Below are positions 33,709-45,909 of a stretch of 55,079 nucleotides of DNA, piece after piece. Below the pieces are notes generated by a model, which was not told where the DNA came from, made no database searches, and saw nothing but the letters and a program-made list of their open reading frames with translations. Both the position numbers and the translations under genes were made by a program. The number at the start of each line of letters is the position of its first letter. The stretch's first letter is position 1. This DNA comes from Prorocentrum cordatum (Eukaryota). The DNA lies in assembly GCA_963575745.1 (NCBI GenBank), contig CAUYUJ010000186.1, positions 62,001 to 117,079 of the forward strand. Reading direction: 5' to 3'.

Positions 33709-36700
33709 CAGCACATAGCAGCACTCATGCCCTTCATGCCGTCTGATCTTCACTCTGGCAAGAAAAAACATGGTTCGGGCTGGGGCCGCTGAAACCTTGT
33801 TGAACCCCTTGTCGTCATTCCGCCATCTAGTCAACCATGCTGCTCCACTGAATGCACGTTCGCCGTCATGCAACGAAGGGGGCGACAAGAAAGCAAGAAG
33901 AGGTGCGGAGGCAAGCCGCCGAGGGAGGAGTCAAACACACGCGCACACACGCAACAGGCTGATCGGCCAGCTCGGGGGCCCAGCGCGGCAAGCGGCCGAA
34001 GGCATCCAAATCCCTCTTCTCTATGGGCTTCTTCCCGCCGCCAAGCTGCCTGGCCACGTTGCCCCTCGCTGCGCGATTGCCCTTCACATGCGCAGCTAAG
34101 CTGCGCAACTGCTCACATATACTATCCGCTCAACACTAGCCCAGATTCCTGTCATGCCCATCATCTCACTAAGCACATCAAGAGGGCTGAGCTGCGCCTT
34201 TGCCGAGATCCCGTCTCCCACCTCCTTTGCCTCCCCGAGCTCCTTTTAACAATGCCTCTGCCACGGCCTTCTCTCGCGGCAGAGGAATCTTGCCTCGCAG
34301 CGACAACGCAATGCGATTGAGCTGGTTCTGGCCTGGGCGGTCGAAGGTGGGGGCAGTGGGCACTTCTTCGATGCGTGCTCGATCTCTGGAACGGCGTGGA
34401 CTTCGCCATCATCAGCTGGAGCCTCTTGCATGCCCCCTTTCCCGGCTAGACCCTGGCTGGCAAGCCGGCGGGAGACGAGTTCTCGATGGCGGCGAGAGTG
34501 GCGAAAATGGCTTGGCACGCGGAGCTGACCATCTCTCCTTGTTCATAAAAGCTTGTTCCTTTCCTCTAGAAGTCCTGGGTGCTGCTCGACATTGCCACGA
34601 TAGCCCTGTGCGCCCTCTCCATGGGCACTGTGGTGTAGCTCGCCTGTTCGAGGGTCCTCGCGCGAACATCGAGCTGGGTGGTGAGTTTGTCTCGAACGGC
34701 GTTGCCGCCGTTGCCGCGCCCCTCCTCCCCCCCGCCATCCCCTCGCCCATGCCCCTATGTTGCTGGTGCCCTTGCTGTTCCGAAGCGGTCACGAAGCTCT
34801 TGCTGCGAGGTCTCGCCAGCCCTGCCGAGTTCGACGTGGCCTCCACGCGCTCTGGTTAATCTGAAAGTTCAGTGACAGAAAAGGAGGTAAGTGAGTGAAA
34901 AGGTTCTCAGGCAGCAAGTCTGCGGCGTCTGAATCCCCGAAGCAGACATGGAGTTTACGAGCATATGCGCAGTGCGCCGCGCTGTCAAACCTACCTCGAT
35001 TGCGCGGGCGGAGCCGCCTCACCAAGCTTCGTTTCGTGCGCTGCAGAACGACAATGCGATCTCGAAAAACGCTAGAACAAATCGTGTCCTGATTCGTAAT
35101 GGCACAGATCCGCGCAATGCGTAGTTCCCCATGCGCCACCCCAGCGGTCGAAGCGATGCGCGCGACAAGCTGTTTCCGCATTGGCCATCTGGCGAGGCGC
35201 TGCGAACCGTCAGGCAGGAACTCATTGCGCGCGAAGTCCCCCGCCGCGTCGGAAGGCGCGGCCGCGCTGGTGACGGCGGGGGGCTGACGAAGGACAACTG
35301 CGCGCGACTGCCTGACATCGATCGCCTGGAAATCCCCCCTCCCCCCGCGTCGCATAACGCTCGATCGAATCGAACATGTGTTTTTTTGTTGTTTTCTCAT
35401 GCAGGCCCCCCCCTGGCTCGATAGCGCCGAGAGCGCGAGCATCTTGCCGCGTCTGGATCGCCCGAGGATGCCCTTGCACGGCCCTGCCCTCCTCCGGCGC
35501 CTCCCCGTCCACAGCGGTTACACCTGTCGTGGCAGCCCAGAATTGCCCGTGCAATTCCTTGGCCCTGGACATCATCCGGCACGCCGTGAACACCGAATTC
35601 CGAGCTCCAGAAACAGAGGCGCAATCCCACACTTACGTAGCACATCGCGATGAGACGGCGCGTGAGCTTCTCCCCCTGCGCCCCACTGAAACCCCCCCCT
35701 CTGGAATAGCCCCCCGCTTGGCCGCGGTGAACCCCTCGGGCCCAGCGAGATCTCGAGGGGCCAGGAGCCCTCGCCATCAGCCCGCGCCACCGCCCCCAGA
35801 CAGAGCCACAAGTAACCCTTCAACTGAATCGACTTTCTGCTTTCACGATGCGTTGGAATACGAGGACTTGCCCATGGAACTCAAGCCCACGCGCAGCGCG
35901 CGCTGCCTCCTCAGCAGCTCGGGCACAAGTGAAAAAGTAGCGGCGAAGTGCCCGCCGACATATCTGGCGCGAGCGATGCTGTCGAGCGTGCCCGTGGGTC
36001 ACAGCGCTGGTGAGAAGCGCTATATTGTCCTTCCTGCGACATTCTGACTAGCGCCCATCTCCCCCATGCCCTCGACGGTCGCCGTGTCTTCTGCTGCTGG
36101 TCCTGCTCCAAAAAGTCCTGCTCCCCCCTCCCACTTTCTAAAACATGATTCGCGATATCGCCCGCAAAAACCAATCAACGTTATCTGTCTGACGTCCACC
36201 CCCCCTCGTCCCACGGCAAGAGAGCCTCCGCGGCCGCGTGCCAGCCGGCCCCGCGGCACGCGTCGGCAACGTGCTACGTTATGGGCCGAGGAAAAGGGGG
36301 AACGTAAATGCGCGTTGTTCCAATATCTCCTGGAAAGACTCCGCATCCAGGCCGTGGCCCAAACCGCCGTCTCGCCCCAGATGTTAACGCCCCCCTAGTG
36401 ATGCGGCCCTCGAGAAACTCCAGGTCCCCATAGCAATGCCACGAGCCGGTAATCGCAAAGATCGTGCTGCGCTTGATCGAGAAGAATTCGTTTGTCGCGT
36501 CGTGCACCTCAGCCAGTGAGGCGCTCCACCTGTCTGCGTCCGAACACTACCTATAATCTGGGCTGCCATGGCGGTTTCTCTTCTTCGTGCTTCCAGCCCC
36601 CCGCGTGCCCGATCTGGCGGCCGCCGAGCGTCTGGGTTGTCTGGGCTTTTCTTTATCCTTCCAGCGTGAAATTGCGGCCCTGGGTGCACATGACCACGCG

Positions 36701-38431
36701 AATTCTCTCGCAATCGCATTCCGGCGTAGCACTCCCAGGAAGCCCGGCTGCCCGCGCCGCGCGCCGGGCAACGGGCGCGCGCCCCCAGCGCCGACGCGCC
36801 CGCAATAATTCCACGCGCAGACATATTCTATCATAGCTCGATGTCACCGCGGCCACGCCCAGCGCGAGCTTTGGAGCGCCTGGAGTTGGTCCACTCAGGA
36901 TGAAAAAGACGACGCAGTAACTCGGGTGGGCACGACCATCCAGGCCACGTGCCGCGGACACGAAGATGCCACTCTGTAGCTGGCCTGCTGTCGAAATCTG
37001 TCATGGCCATCCCAAGCTCATCCATCTCATCGCGCTTCGGGCGATTGTGGTCATCAGCGCCCTGCTGCGCGTCAGTTAGACTGACGGGTGTGGCGCTGCA
37101 TCCTCCGTGCTCTGCTGGAAGTTGCATGCGGCTGCGCCAAGCTACGGATGCAGCTGTTAACATAGGAACTGCGCGAAACTGACGTATCCTAGGGCCGCGT
37201 CCTTTAGCAGCTAGGAATTAGCTGCTACGAATCGAAAATGCCCTGCCCGGCTGCTCCGGGCATTCCCGCCCGGCATTCCTGCCCGAACCTCCCCCTGGCA
37301 TTCCCGCCCGCAGCTGGCGACTGAAATGCTTGATGACCTCGTTTCGTGTTTTCCCCAGAACGCACTGCGGTAGTTGCTCACGACGTTGCCGTCGCTGAGC
37401 GAATAACGCCCCGAACGGCTCAGCTTGGTTTCTGCGCTCATCGATGGCGAGCGGGCTCTCCGTAATTAACAAACTCTACTGCTGCCTCATTCGCTACCTT
37501 CATGAACATCTCATTCATCTCGTCCACCTTCCTTTCCTCCTGGTACCTGGCGGATTCCTCATCCACCTCCTCCGCCTTGCGGTTCATCACCTGAAACAGC
37601 TGCTCACGGAGATGTCCCATCTGCGCGCGCTCACGGAGTGCCGCTCAATGGAGGCGTGGTCCCCGCGCAGGAAGCTGAATGGTTGCGGCTTGACATGCCG
37701 CGCAAAAGCGACGGGTCCATGACCTCTGGATACCATCCTCTGAGAAACAAAAAAACTGAAGCCTCCGAACTGAGCACGCGTGAACGCTGCACGACGAGAT
37801 GGCTGGCAGAGCGTCACTGGGCACACGCATGTGGCCGATGTGACTCTCACACGTCTCGCCCACGTACGTAGCTGGGCTCGGGTAGTGGGTGTTGACTGCG
37901 ATGAGACCCCATGTTGCAAATAACCCGCTACTGCTGCCGATGCTGGGGTCGCCCTTCCTGCCGAATACCTGTCCGCCACATCATCATCAGCATCATCATC
38001 ATCAGCATCATCATCATCAACAGACTGCAGGAACCCTGCGTTGTCATCAGCATGTATGATTGGAGCTGCGTGCTTCAAGTATTGTAACTCTGCCTGCAAC
38101 AAATTTGAGGTAACCGAAACAACTTTGTCAGAGTTGGCCCTTCTGACCTTTCTTGGGGACACGAGGAGGAAAGTAAAGACCAATGACATCGAGTAACTGG
38201 TCCTGCTGCTGGATAGCGATGCCGAAAGATCGTCCCCATAACTGCTTGGGTACTGGCGTGATACGCTTGACACTGTGATTTAGGACGTTGCTGTGTGTTT
38301 TTGACGATACCCAGCCCGATAGCATCGAAACCGAACAGCACAAACACAATCTTGAAGCTGTCAGAACTACTCCTTTGTTGCGTGTCACAAATAATGATCG
38401 CGTCGTGACGCGGGCATTCACCAACGATATC

Positions 38432-38517
38432 TGGATGATTATTCTCTCCAAAGCGCTCGAGCCGAAACGGTATCGGCCCGTTCCAACATGTCTCTCGGGA
38501 GGCTGCAAATCCATCCA
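38432..38517 (-). repeat. 3' LTR of copia-2 (86 bp; TGGATG...CATCCA)
   Basis: Perfect 6-bp terminal inverted repeat. The adjacent minus-strand GGAAGGCCGGGAGGGC is PPT-like. Confidence 0.95.
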
Positions 38518-38683
38518 GCCCTCCCGGCCTTCCGCGCTCCTTCCGCGCGGCAGGCCGCCGACTCCTACGACCGGCGCAGAGTCAGCGGAGCGTGGCGATC
38601 CACCATCACTCCTCAGAACCAAACGCGCGCGGCTCAAACGCCGCCGCCAGCTCAAGCGCTCAGAGGGATGTCTCGATCACCGC

Positions 38684-40192
38684 TCACCCATCCAGCGCCG
38701 CCCGCAGGGTCAGTCGACTCCGACCTGCTCTCGCCGCGAACCCCATCGCCGCCAGGAACTTCTTGATCAGGGGTCCGTCCAGGTGCTTCGTACCAATATC
38801 GCTGATGTTTTCGAGCCCTGGGATCTTGTTGACGCGCAGCTTCTTCTGCTGCACAGCCCTCTGCAGCCACAGCAGAGGAGTATGTAGGTGTCGAACTCGT
38901 CCGACTCCACGACGTTCTGCGATGCCCTTGCCCGCCGTCGCGTCGCACTTCAGCGCGATCTCGAGGTCCACACCCATGTCCTTCGCGAGAGTCTTACGGC
39001 CGAGCCCGATACTGCCGCCCTTCACGAGCGCGTGGAACTCCGCTTCTCCAGTGGATAGAGCGTTGAAGCCTTGGGTTGTCGAACTGCTTCTAATCCAATG
39101 GTTACCGATCATCACCGTACACGATGAAGTAGACTTACGTGTTCTCAGGCAGCCCGCGAAATCGCTGTCCGTGTAGACTTGAGCAACTCGCCGATCTGCC
39201 TGCCGTGGATACTCAACCACCAGCCTCGGGGTACCGACGAGGTACCGCCCGATCCGCTTCATGGCCTGCCACCCGCCAATCGTCGGATCCTGCATCACTC
39301 GAGCCGATTCCTTCGCCGCGTACTGCAAATCGGGTCGATCTTGCGCCAGGTGCTGGATCCGCATGCACACCGAGCGGTAGATGGCCCGCTCTCGTCCTTG
39401 TAGTGCCTCTCCGTCTAGCTCCTGCCTCTTGATCTCCGGCGTGACCACTGGCTTGCACTCCTTACCCTGCAGGCCCAGCTGGGCCAGGATGATCTCCACG
39501 TGCCTCGGGTCCGCCTCGTACTCGATCTTCTCCATGTCGTTGACGTTCGGCCTGCGCCACCTCACGATGCGATTCAGCACCACGATCTCATCGATGTCGC
39601 CGCTCTGCGTGTCAGGTCCCAGAACTCCTCGTACCTTCACGATCAGGTGCTCGCCGAGGTTCTCCGTGAAAGCTTTCGAATCCTTGCGCCCACCGAGCAC
39701 CACGAAATCGTCGCCGTGCCTCCAAACGACCAGCTTGCCGACCTGGTAGATGCAAGGCGAGAACTCGCACTGCTTCGACTTCAGGATCCTCACCATGATG
39801 TCCTCCGCCTTCAGGTCGAATGATGAGCCGGCATCTCTCAGTCCATACATGGCCTGCAGCAGCAGCCAGCACTCGTCGTCCTTGCATTCTTGATCCTCCG
39901 CTGGCGCCTTCAAGTACACTGGCCTCTGCAGCTCCGAGTGTAAATGCGCTCTTGAGATATCGATGAATGTCAGCACTCGATCCTCATGCCGCCCTGTCAT
40001 CGCCATAGACAGAATCATCCTCAGGCCCTCCAGCGGCGGGGTCGTCGCGAAGGTCGCCGCAGCGTCCTCAGGCGCAAGGGTGCTCAGCTTCCGCGTCTCT
40101 TTCGCCACCAACCGGCTCCTTAGCTCTGGCTTCTGCTCGTCGCCCTTGTTGGTGTCGACCCAGCCGCTCGGCAGCGGCTTGGTTCCCGTCAC
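38684..40192 (-). CDS. Copia-2 RT-RNase H (in frame with the upstream ORF across one TAG)
   Basis: WVDTNKG, RSRLVAKE, FIDISRAH, AMYGLRDA, HGDDF, YTDSDFAG, STGEAE, SDIGTK. Confidence 0.95.
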   Translation of the reverse strand: MTGTKPLPSGWVDTNKGDEQKPELRSRLVAKETRKLSTLAPEDAAATFATTPPLEGLRMILSMAMTGRHEDRVLTFIDISRAHLHSELQRPVYLKAPAEDQECKDDECWLLLQAMYGLRDAGSSFDLKAEDIMVRILKSKQCEFSPCIYQVGKLVVWRHGDDFVVLGGRKDSKAFTENLGEHLIVKVRGVLGPDTQSGDIDEIVVLNRIVRWRRPNVNDMEKIEYEADPRHVEIILAQLGLQGKECKPVVTPEIKRQELDGEALQGRERAIYRSVCMRIQHLAQDRPDLQYAAKESARVMQDPTIGGWQAMKRIGRYLVGTPRLVVEYPRQADRRVAQVYTDSDFAGCLRTRKSTSSCTVMIGNHWIRSSSTTQGFNALSTGEAEFHALVKGGSIGLGRKTLAKDMGVDLEIALKCDATAGKGIAERRGVGRVRHLHTPLLWLQRAVQQKKLRVNKIPGLENISDIGTKHLDGPLIKKFLAAMGFAARAGRSRLTLRAALDG

Positions 40193-43100
40193 CTACAGCG
40201 CCTCGGAAATCTTCCTCCTCGCGAACACACCGAGCCTGCTCATGTAGCCCATCTCGTCCATGCGCGCGTTCTTGACGCCCACCGGGTCCAGCACCGCACC
40301 GCTGATCCCGTCGTAGAAGGTCGCCATCTCCTCCTCGGTCGCCTGGTCCAGAATCTCTGGCTCGTCCGCGGTCTGACCAACTTCGAACGCATGGATCCCT
40401 CTACCGATCTTCAGCTCGTTCCTGATGCCCTTCAGGATTGCCTTCACCAGCCCCAAGGGGTACCTCTCGGCCGCCTTCGCCCTCCTCTCCAGGAGGTGCG
40501 CATGCTCGTGAGAGCCGTCGCACACGATCCCCACCTGCTTCGCCACCTCGCGGCTGTTCGTCATCCAGCCCGTCGGCTTCGCCACGAGGCCCTCCGAGCC
40601 GTCTGGCCAATACGACCTGGCTCCGAACACGCACTGGCTGCCCTTGACCACCATGGCGCCGGGCAGCTCCCTGATGCTCTTGATGCACTCCTCCTTCCAG
40701 CTCGACGCCGTCCAAGGCCTCGAATGCTGGTAGGCCGCCAGCTCCATGCAGAAGCCCAGGAAGACCTTGCACTCCGCGAGCAGCCTCTGGAACATAACTT
40801 CATCACGCTTGCCGCTCGCCTTCAGCAACTCCATCAGCTGCGAGAACGGGGTGCATACAGGAGACATGACGAGGAAGGCAGGGTCTCCCTCCTCGATCTC
40901 CGCTCTCGCTCGCTTCCTCTGCTTCTCGAGCCGGAAGTCCCAGCCCGTCCTGAGGTCCATCGCAACTCCTGGCTTCAGGTTGAACTTTGGAGCTCCCTTG
41001 GCGAACTCCCCTGGGTTGAACACTTCCTGCAAGTCCAAGCTGTCGAGGCCGAGCTGCTCCAGCAACGCGCCGATTTCTGCCTCGTCGCCCATGGCCGTGT
41101 CCGCCGCCGCCGGAGCACTTCCCGACGCAGTCCCCGATGAGCTTGGCGCCCCTGGTTCACCGACTGGTCCTCGATCACCGACTCGTCCTCGCTTGGCTCC
41201 AGGTTCTTCGTCTTCACCTCTCTCAGGTCGCTCTCCAGCTACTCGCCGCAAGTGCGCCTCTGCCAGCCGAACTCCACCGCCGAACGTCTGGTCGTCCTCC
41301 ATCGCTTTCTCGATCCTCGCTCGGCATTCCTCGCTGGGCAAGATCGCGCGCTGGTTGTCCCGAGCTGCCGCGCGGCCTCTGCAACCTGGAGTGTAGCCGC
41401 AGCGCCGCAGCTCCACGCCCTTCCTGATGTAGACCCTCCTCGGAGCAGGAGGACCCGCAGGTCCTGGAACAGGGGGCAGGTCCACGTCCGGCACCACCTG
41501 GTCCGCCACCACCTTCGCCATGGCAGGTGGTACTTCGAGTCCTTCACCTTCTTGACCAGGAACTGGTCGCCACGGCGCGCCCTGCAGCTCTGAGAAAAGA
41601 GCCTTGTCGCTCCTCGCTGTCAGCGGCATCCTCTTGACGCTCCTGGCTCTCATCACGCCCTTCGGCGTCGCCACGTACACCTCGTCGCCGTCGTCGCGGA
41701 TCCCGTGCAAGACGCCCTCCAGCCACCTGTCCACCAGCCTCGACTCCCTCTTGCCGACTGGCAGGTAGAACACCTTCTCGCCGAACTCCGGGAGCGCCCT
41801 CTTGCAAGCGCGCCCCATCCTCAACTCGTACGGCGCGCGCCCGTCCGAGCCCACCTGACCTCGATTGTGGACTGCTGCGCCGTGCCTCACCATCCACGGC
41901 AGGCACGGATGCTTCGGGCCGATCGTAACTCCGTGCATCTCCTCCACCGCGCGCTTGAGGGTCCTCGTCAGGACCTTCATATCCTTGACAGCTCCTTCAG
42001 CTAGGCCGTTCGACTGCGACTCTCCAACCGCCGAGGTCTCCAGCAAGCACTCCACGCCGTGGTCCTTCTTGAGCCTCTTGATGGCCTCGTCCCTCAGCGC
42101 GATGATGCTCGGCTCGCTATCGCACCTGAAGACCACCTTCTTGTAGCCGCCGTTGACCGCGAACTTCACCAGCATGTCGGCGCTGCGCGCGCGCGCCGCC
42201 CCCTTGCAGGTCAACACCTCCGCGCCCGTGTACCTGTGCAGCGAGTCCGTCACGAACAGGATCGGAGCCGCGTCCTCGCCGCTGCCGAGGTAGCCGCAGT
42301 CGAACGCCACGACTGGTATCGCATCCTCCGTGTGGCTCCTTGTCACATGAGGTTCAGCTCGCCCGCGTCCTGCAACGCAGCGCCTGCGCCAGGCTCGATA
42401 CGGCGTGTGCGACACTTCATGGTCCTCTCGCTCCTGCTGGGTCGGCTCATGCGGTCTCCGCGCCGCTCTCACTGCCGGCCGCTCCCGAGCAACCGCCGGG
42501 GCAGGTGGTGGAGGCACCGCTTGTGGTTGAACAGGTTCTTGGACTGGTTCTGCTGCTGCCGGCGCCGCTGCCTGACCCGATCCAGCTCCCTCGCCTGCGT
42601 CGTCACTCCCCATCATGCGGATATCCTTCTGCTTCTTGCCGTTCGCGCCGGGCTTGGACCAGGCCTCCGCGCGGCCGATCACGTCCTTCGCCTTGCCGTA
42701 TGGCATCAGCTCCAGCTCCATCTCGTGCACGTCGTTGCGCCGCTGGAGCGGTGTAATCACTCCTGTCGTCTTGTTCTGCGCGTAGCTGCCGCCGGCGTCG
42801 AAGACGACCCGATGGCCAGCGACCATCTCCGAGACCGAGGCGAGTGCCTTGCTGACCTTCGCGACCCTAGCCTTGATGCCTCTCACTTGCGCCGAGCCGT
42901 CCGAGTTGCGCACCGACCCGACGAGCTCCTTCGTGCCCTCATCGGCCACCCAGCCGCCGTTCGCGGTCCTGCAGCCTTCACCCTTCGCACTCATGTCATT
43001 CTCGTACGTCGGGTAGTCCGGCGCCAGCTCAGATGGCACGACCGTCGTAGCTGCACACGAATCGATACCGAGCACCATCTTGCGGGTTGCTCTCGCCGTG

Positions 43101-44376
43101 TCTGCACCGAGCCTGCTCAGCTCGTGCACCAGCTTGTCGTCCACCAGGCCGCCCTCGATCAGCAGGTCGAAGGCCTTCTGCGCCACGTCCTTCTCGTCTA
43201 TCATGAACGGCGCGAGCCACAACCCGCGCAGAGCCTTCTCGGGTTCCGGCTCCATCATGTGTAGGTTGTTCTTCTTCTTCTTCGGGCAGTCCTTGGTCAT
43301 GTGCCCGTACTCCTGGCAGTTGAAGCACTTCGGCCCCTTGCCAGTCTTGCCGTCCTTTGCCTTTCCGCTCTTCGAGGAACTCTTCGATTTGGAGTCGCCC
43401 CTCGACTTGCCCTTGCTGTCTGACTTGCCCTTGCCTGCACCAGGTCCGCCCTTGCGGTGCCAGCAGTTCCTCTCGTCGTGGCCCTTGCCGGTGCAAATCC
43501 TGCAGCGCCCCTTGCCACCTTGGTTGTTGAACGCCGAAAGGTCCATCGGGGCCACTCCGTTCTGCGCCGCCGCCGCTGCGGCTTGAGCTCGTCGAACATT
43601 CAGGATCTCCACTCTGAACTTGGGCCACGCCTTGAGCCTCTCCGCATTCATGATCATGTGCTGCCTCAGCGGAGACTCGGGCAAGTGCCTCAGCACGATG
43701 CCGATCTTGATTGCGTCCGAGAGTGTCTCCTCCGACGCCGACTCGTACAGACTGATCTCCCTCTCGAAGGCTTCCAGGCGTATCATCATCTCACCGCTGA
43801 AGTCCCAGGCCAGCAGCAGCATCATCAGCTGCCCTGCGTATCTGCTCGCCGCCTGGGGTTCAAATCGAAGGTGTAGTTGCCGCCATGCTTCGAACCCCTC
43901 GAGCTTGCCCGCGTTCAGCACGACATCGAGCGCCTGCTCCTGCACGTCTGGATGAGCCAGTACCCCAACGTTCTTGACAGCTGCACGTCACCGGGCTCGA
44001 GGTTCGCCGCCAGCACTGGCTCTGTCTCCCGCTTCGCTCTGGCCATCGCCGCCGCCATGTTCGGGTTCGTCGCGCCCGCAAACGCCTCGAACACCACTGA
44101 CCAGTCTCGCCACGGCGGCTTGGCCCCGTCGAACATCTCGGGCTTGCCTATCATCTTCATCTCCGCGGCCATCCTCTCGGGCCCAGGGTCTGGCGCGTGC
44201 GCCGCCGCCGCCGCCGCGGCCGCACCCTGCTGCCCAGCCGCCTGCTGCGCCTGCTGCGCAGCCGCCTGCGCCGCTCTACTCGCGGCGTCTGCATCCGCCC
44301 GTGCCTGTCGTAGCTCTCCTTGTACTTGCTCGAGTGCCTGACGAAGCGCCTGGACGTCCTGGACCGTCACTGCCAT
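40193..44376 (-). pseudogene. Copia-2 gag-protease-integrase-DNMT-like polyprotein (one frameshift near 43941)
   Basis: GKPEMFDG, GFEAWRQL, CCHC knuckles CRICTGKGHDERNC and CFNCQEYGHMTKDC, protease IDSCA, integrase HEVSH..W...C / AFD / RCDSE / SNGLAE. Confidence 0.93.
40410..41040 (-). other. C5-cytosine DNA methyltransferase-like domain of copia-2
   Basis: LQEVFNP, DLRTGWDF, LVMSPVC (40853-40864), PWTASSW, QCVFG, KPTGWMTN, CDGSHEH, YPLGLVKAI. Confidence 0.75.
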
Positions 44377-44644
44377 CCTGACCTTGTCTCTTGATCACGC
44401 ACAGAAGCTGTCCGAGGTGAGCCCAGCAGCGCCTCTTGAAGGCCAGTCTAACAAGCCGCGCTGCCAGCGAGACCCACGTCAGAATCGGGCCCCTCTCGTG
44501 CAGCACCTCGAACTGATTCACCTCCTCGTCCTGAAACTCGAGGCTGGTTGCCTCCAGCGCCCGCGCCCGCGCCTGGGCGCCCTCCGCGGGCCTGGCCCGC
44601 TGCGGCGCAATCGCAGGCTGCCGCTCGCGGCGCTGGGGGCGCAT

Positions 44645-44659
44645 CCGCTCACGCTACCA
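44645..44659 (-). promoter_or_regulatory. Primer-binding site (initiator tRNA-Met type)
   Basis: TGGTAGCGTGAGCGG directly after the 5' LTR. Confidence 0.75.
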
Positions 44660-44745
44660 TGGATGATTATTCTCTCCAAAGCGCTCGAGCCAAAACGGTA
44701 TCGACCCGTTCCAACATGTCTCTCGGGAGGCTGCAAATCTAGCCA
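44660..44745 (-). repeat. 5' LTR of copia-2 (86 bp)
   Basis: Direct repeat of 38432-38517 with 4 substitutions. Confidence 0.95.
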
Positions 44746-45234
44746 ATATCAGCCAGCCGAGACAATGTGGATGCTGCTCAAGGATTGAAGCCGACAGCTC
44801 GTAGCAACCCAAGGGGCATCAGATGCGGTCCTGCGGGCGCGCGGCCGCCATGGCGGCGGAAGGCCAGAAAAGGCCATGGAGAGCGTGCGGTCCTCATCCT
44901 TCAGAAGGTCGGATCGGTTCTCTCAGTGGCTCGGGCCACCTGGGGGAGGAGGAGGAGGAGTAGGAGGAGGAGGAGAAGGAGGAAGAGGAGGAGGAGGAGG
45001 AGGAGGAGGAAGAGGAAGAAAAGGATAATGAGAAGGAGGAGGACGACGAGCAGGAGGAGAAGGAGGAGGACGAGGAGGAGCAGGAGGAGGACGAGGGTCG
45101 GATATCTGAGCCTCCTCCCCGTATGCCTCGCCGGAAGCCAGCGATGCTCAGCCCTCGAGGCGGCGCCGCGGGCACGGTCCCTCGTCGACGTCGTTCGTCG
45201 TTCGTCGTTCGTCGTCGTCGTCGTCGCGGCTGAC

Positions 45235-45444
45235 CTCCGCCTCCCTGCGGGCCCTCTTCACCTGCGTCCTGCGCCCCGCGGCGCCGCCGCCGGCCGCGGA
45301 GGCGGCGCGGCCGGCGGGCCGAGCGCCGCGGCCGCCGCGCGGGGCGCTGCCTGCCTGCGGGCGCTTCGAGGTCGGCACGAGCTCCGCCGCTCCAGGCCGG
45401 GCCCACCGTGGGGCCCACCCTGGGTCCCAGGGTCGGTGCATGTC
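45235..45444 (-). CDS. Possible upstream exon X of the host gene (DMHRPWDPG...VKRARREAE)
   Basis: Donor GAG|GT in phase 0, compatible with exon Y. The sequence is low-complexity, so support is weak. Confidence 0.3.
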
Positions 45445-45445
45445 C

Positions 45446-45909
45446 TCCTCCTCCTCCTCCTCCTCCTCCTCCTCCTCCTCCTCCTCCCCTCATTCTTAGG
45501 GAAGCTGCTGCGTCACAGGGACCCGTAGCGTCAGTCCTCCTCTTCTTCCTCCTCCTCCTCCTCCTCCTCCACTTCCTTATCCTGTTCCTTCGCTTCTTCC
45601 TCCTCCTCCTCCTCCTCCTCCTCCCACTTCCTTATCCTGTTCCTTCGCTTCTTCCTCCTCCTCCTCCTCCTCATCTCCCTCTTTCTCCTCCTCCTCCTCA
45701 TCCTCTTCCTCCTGTTCCTCTTCCTCTTCCTCATCCTCCTCGTCCTCCTCTTTCTCATCATTTTCTTCCTCCTTCTCTCCCTCCCCCTCTTCCTCCTCAT
45801 ATTATTCCACCTCTTCTTCTTCCTCCTCTTCCACTTTCTCCTCCTCCTCTTCCTCCTCTTCCTCCTCCTCCTCCTCCTCTTCCTCCTCCTCCTCCTCTCT
45901 CTCTCTCGG
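45446..45909. repeat. (CCT)n/(CT)n microsatellite block flanked by a 28-bp direct repeat
   Basis: 45418-45445 vs 45910-45937, 25/28 identical. Confidence 0.9.

Larger units (their letters stand above)
38432..44745 (-). mobile_element. Ty1/copia LTR retrotransposon (copia-2), 6314 bp, nearly intact, with a DNMT-like domain between integrase and RT
   Basis: 86-bp LTRs at 38432-38517 and 44660-44745 (82/86 identical, TG...CA); TSD ATATC at 38427-38431 and 44746-44750; PBS TGGTAGCG; purine-rich tract before the 3' LTR. Confidence 0.97.
33750..44880 (-). mobile_element. LINE-B: heavily decayed APE-RT non-LTR retrotransposon interrupted by copia-2
   Basis: The APE start reconstructs across the copia TSD (GFNP*..RLADIV..DAIIICDTQ), then LWGR..GLYFPP. 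RT remnants PGWSCPPELLR, SWH, GVFPGD, VFAGD; C-terminal AITNQ..C.SVF. Ends approximate. Confidence 0.65.

Noticed and set aside
40193..43945. Programmed readthrough (TAG at 40193-40195) or frameshift (~43941) in copia-2
   Set aside because: Both lie inside domains (RT start, gag core) rather than at the gag/pol boundary, and no slippery site is evident. Point mutations are simpler.
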